Assembly (NCBI GenBank): GCA_963718235.1
Contig: CAVQYR010000001.1
Coordinates: 96,001-160,000, forward strand
Length of the DNA stretch: 64,000 nt
Direction of reading: 5' to 3'
Source: an uncultured Actinomycetota bacterium
GTDB taxonomy: Bacteria > Actinomycetota > Actinomycetes > JAHEKZ01
Shown piece by piece: positions 62,306 to 64,000 of this stretch; the first letter of the stretch is position 1; every line of letters begins with the position of its first letter. The notes under the pieces were generated by a model, which worked only from the letters and a program-made list of their open reading frames with translations, was not told the DNA's origin and did not search any database. The position numbers and the translations under genes were made by a program.

Positions 62306-64000
62306 TCAGGGGCGGGGCCACTGCCACGTGGCGAGGGTCTCACCAGTGCCGGGGGCTCGGACGGTGAACGTCACCGTGCCGGTCGCAGCGCGACGATCGT
62401 CGACGACGGTCCACCCGCCGAGCGCAGCGAGAGCGATGCTGTCCCGCCACGCTCGCTCGACCGGCGACCGGGGCATGACGTCGACGGTGACCCGAGCTGC
62501 GCGCACCAGATCCAGACCGCCCGAGAAGGTGAACACCGTGCCGGTTCCGGTGCGTCGTCCGAGGAGAACCGTTGTGGAGCAGGCAGAGGCGACGAAGGAG
62601 AGGCCGCTCGCTCCGCCGCTCGGCAGCTGAACCGAACCGGCGCACCGGTCGGCGCCCGGGCCCTGGGCCCGCTGCACCAGGACCGGGTCGATCCGACCAG
62701 GCCCGGCCAACTCCATCAGCACGACGAGCAGCGGCGAGGTGCCAGCCCCCCGTCGGGCCACGGAGGTGACCGTGTGGCCGAGAACCCTGACCTGCAGCGG
62801 GCCCGCCCGCCCGAGGTCGCGCCACGCGGCGGTGGCCAGGTCGTAGTCGCCGGGCGTCAGGTCGGCGGAGCGGTCTGCGGTCTGCGGATCCTTGAACTGC
62901 ACCTCGCCCCGCTCGAGGACAAGCGACTCGCTGCCGGGCTCGGGCAGCTGCAGGGTCGACGAGACCGCTGCGCCGCCCGCCCCGCGCCCACTCAGGACGA
63001 CCACCCCCTCGGCCCGGCTGGACAGCAGGGCGAGCCAGTTCGAGCCGGCCAGCAGGTCGAGGGGCTGCCACGTGCTCACGTCGGCGTCCAGGCTCGGTAG
63101 GGCGCTCGGGATCGGCGAGGGCGAGGTGCGCTGCCAGCCCACCTCCTGACCCGCTCGCTCGTCGTCGCCTCGCCACCGCGGGGCGAGGATCAGCCCGTCG
63201 TTCTGCACGTCGCCGAACACCCGCGGAATCCCCGCCACGAGGCTCGCCGGCAGTAACAACGCGTCCGTGGCAGAACCCGGAGTGAGGACGTCGCTGGCCG
63301 CGAGCGACGGTTCATACCCGACCAGGAGCGCCACCCGAGGGTCTCCCGCCTCATCGGTGGCCTCGAGGACCACCACGGGAATCCCCCGAATGGTGTCGGA
63401 GGCCAGGGCATAGATGGAACCGGCCGGCCGCTCACCACGCTTGGCCAGCTCGGTCCACGCGTCGGTCGCCTTGCCCAGCCGCAGCGCATCTGTGGCCTGT
63501 TCACCGGCCGTTGGCCAGCGCAGGAGGCCGGTCCCCGATGGCGGCAGCCCGCTGACCAGCTCGGCCGACGGCCGGCCGAGGTGAGGAACGACGACCGCAG
63601 CGGCGAGCACGACCAACACCAAGGCGGCCGACGCGACCAGCACCGCTCGACGCCGGTCGCCACCGACCCTTTGGTACACCCAGTCGACCGGGTCGGCCGG
63701 ACCGGCACCCTCGTCCTCGTGGGCGCGTAGCGCCGCCTCGATCCAGGGCCCAGCGGCTCCGCAGCCGACCTCGGCCACGGTCTGCGCCTTCACCCCGGTG
63801 CGGTCCGCGATCTCGTCGTCGTCCAGGCCGTGCACGTGACGCAGGACCAAGACCGCCCGACGGCGCGGGTCCAAAGCGTCGACCAGCTCGACCAGCTCGG
63901 CATGCCTGGACTCGGTCGACCCCTGCGGGTCGGGAGCCCAGCCCAGGAGCCGCTGGCCCGCGTCGGGGCCCGGGTCCTCCCGGTGGCCCCGCTGCCGCGC
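62306..64000 (-). CDS. Partial gene: ECF-sigma region-4-like domain fused to a TM helix and a large extracytoplasmic region (N-terminus beyond the window)
   Basis: The frame is open to 64000; LVDALDPRRRAVLVLRHVHGLDDDEIADRTG, then RRRAVLVASAALVLVVLAAAVVVP. Confidence 0.7.
   Translation of the reverse strand, partial: ARQRGHREDPGPDAGQRLLGWAPDPQGSTESRHAELVELVDALDPRRRAVLVLRHVHGLDDDEIADRTGVKAQTVAEVGCGAAGPWIEAALRAHEDEGAGPADPVDWVYQRVGGDRRRAVLVASAALVLVVLAAAVVVPHLGRPSAELVSGLPPSGTGLLRWPTAGEQATDALRLGKATDAWTELAKRGERPAGSIYALASDTIRGIPVVVLEATDEAGDPRVALLVGYEPSLAASDVLTPGSATDALLLPASLVAGIPRVFGDVQNDGLILAPRWRGDDERAGQEVGWQRTSPSPIPSALPSLDADVSTWQPLDLLAGSNWLALLSSRAEGVVVLSGRGAGGAAVSSTLQLPEPGSESLVLERGEVQFKDPQTADRSADLTPGDYDLATAAWRDLGRAGPLQVRVLGHTVTSVARRGAGTSPLLVVLMELAGPGRIDPVLVQRAQGPGADRCAGSVQLPSGGASGLSFVASACSTTVLLGRRTGTGTVFTFSGGLDLVRAARVTVDVMPRSPVERAWRDSIALAALGGWTVVDDRRAATGTVTFTVRAPGTGETLATWQWPRP

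Overview
High-GC actinomycete chromosomal window. The backbone is housekeeping: dispersed purine genes (purA, purD, purB, purC, purS, purQ, purL, purF, purM), four tRNAs (Lys, Glu, Asp, Phe), bldC with a Leu/Val dehydrogenase and DUF3073, a polyamine-type ABC transporter with kynureninase, and two cell-wall hydrolases (an RpfB-like protein with a structured leader; an NlpC/P60 protein under a c-di-AMP riboswitch). The standout is a ~15.5 kb signalling locus (40134-55603) between purD and purB. One minus-strand operon encodes a soluble SpoIIE/PP2C phosphatase fused to an RsbW-like kinase, two STAS proteins, a DUF1990/SRPBCC-like protein and eight tandem, translationally coupled ~10-TM paralogs with no output domain. 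Each membrane paralog stops right after what looks like the first helices and first strand of a GAF domain, and the phosphatase begins with the remainder of a GAF domain. This suggests a split-GAF system in which eight interchangeable receptors plug into one shared enzyme. A BTAD/SARP-AAA-TPR regulator is divergently encoded. Other points: a 68-bp palindromic repeat in two copies that each supply a gene end, two frameshifted genes, and a membrane-anchored ECF-sigma-like fusion running off the right edge. All family calls come from motif recognition by eye; no database searches were run.
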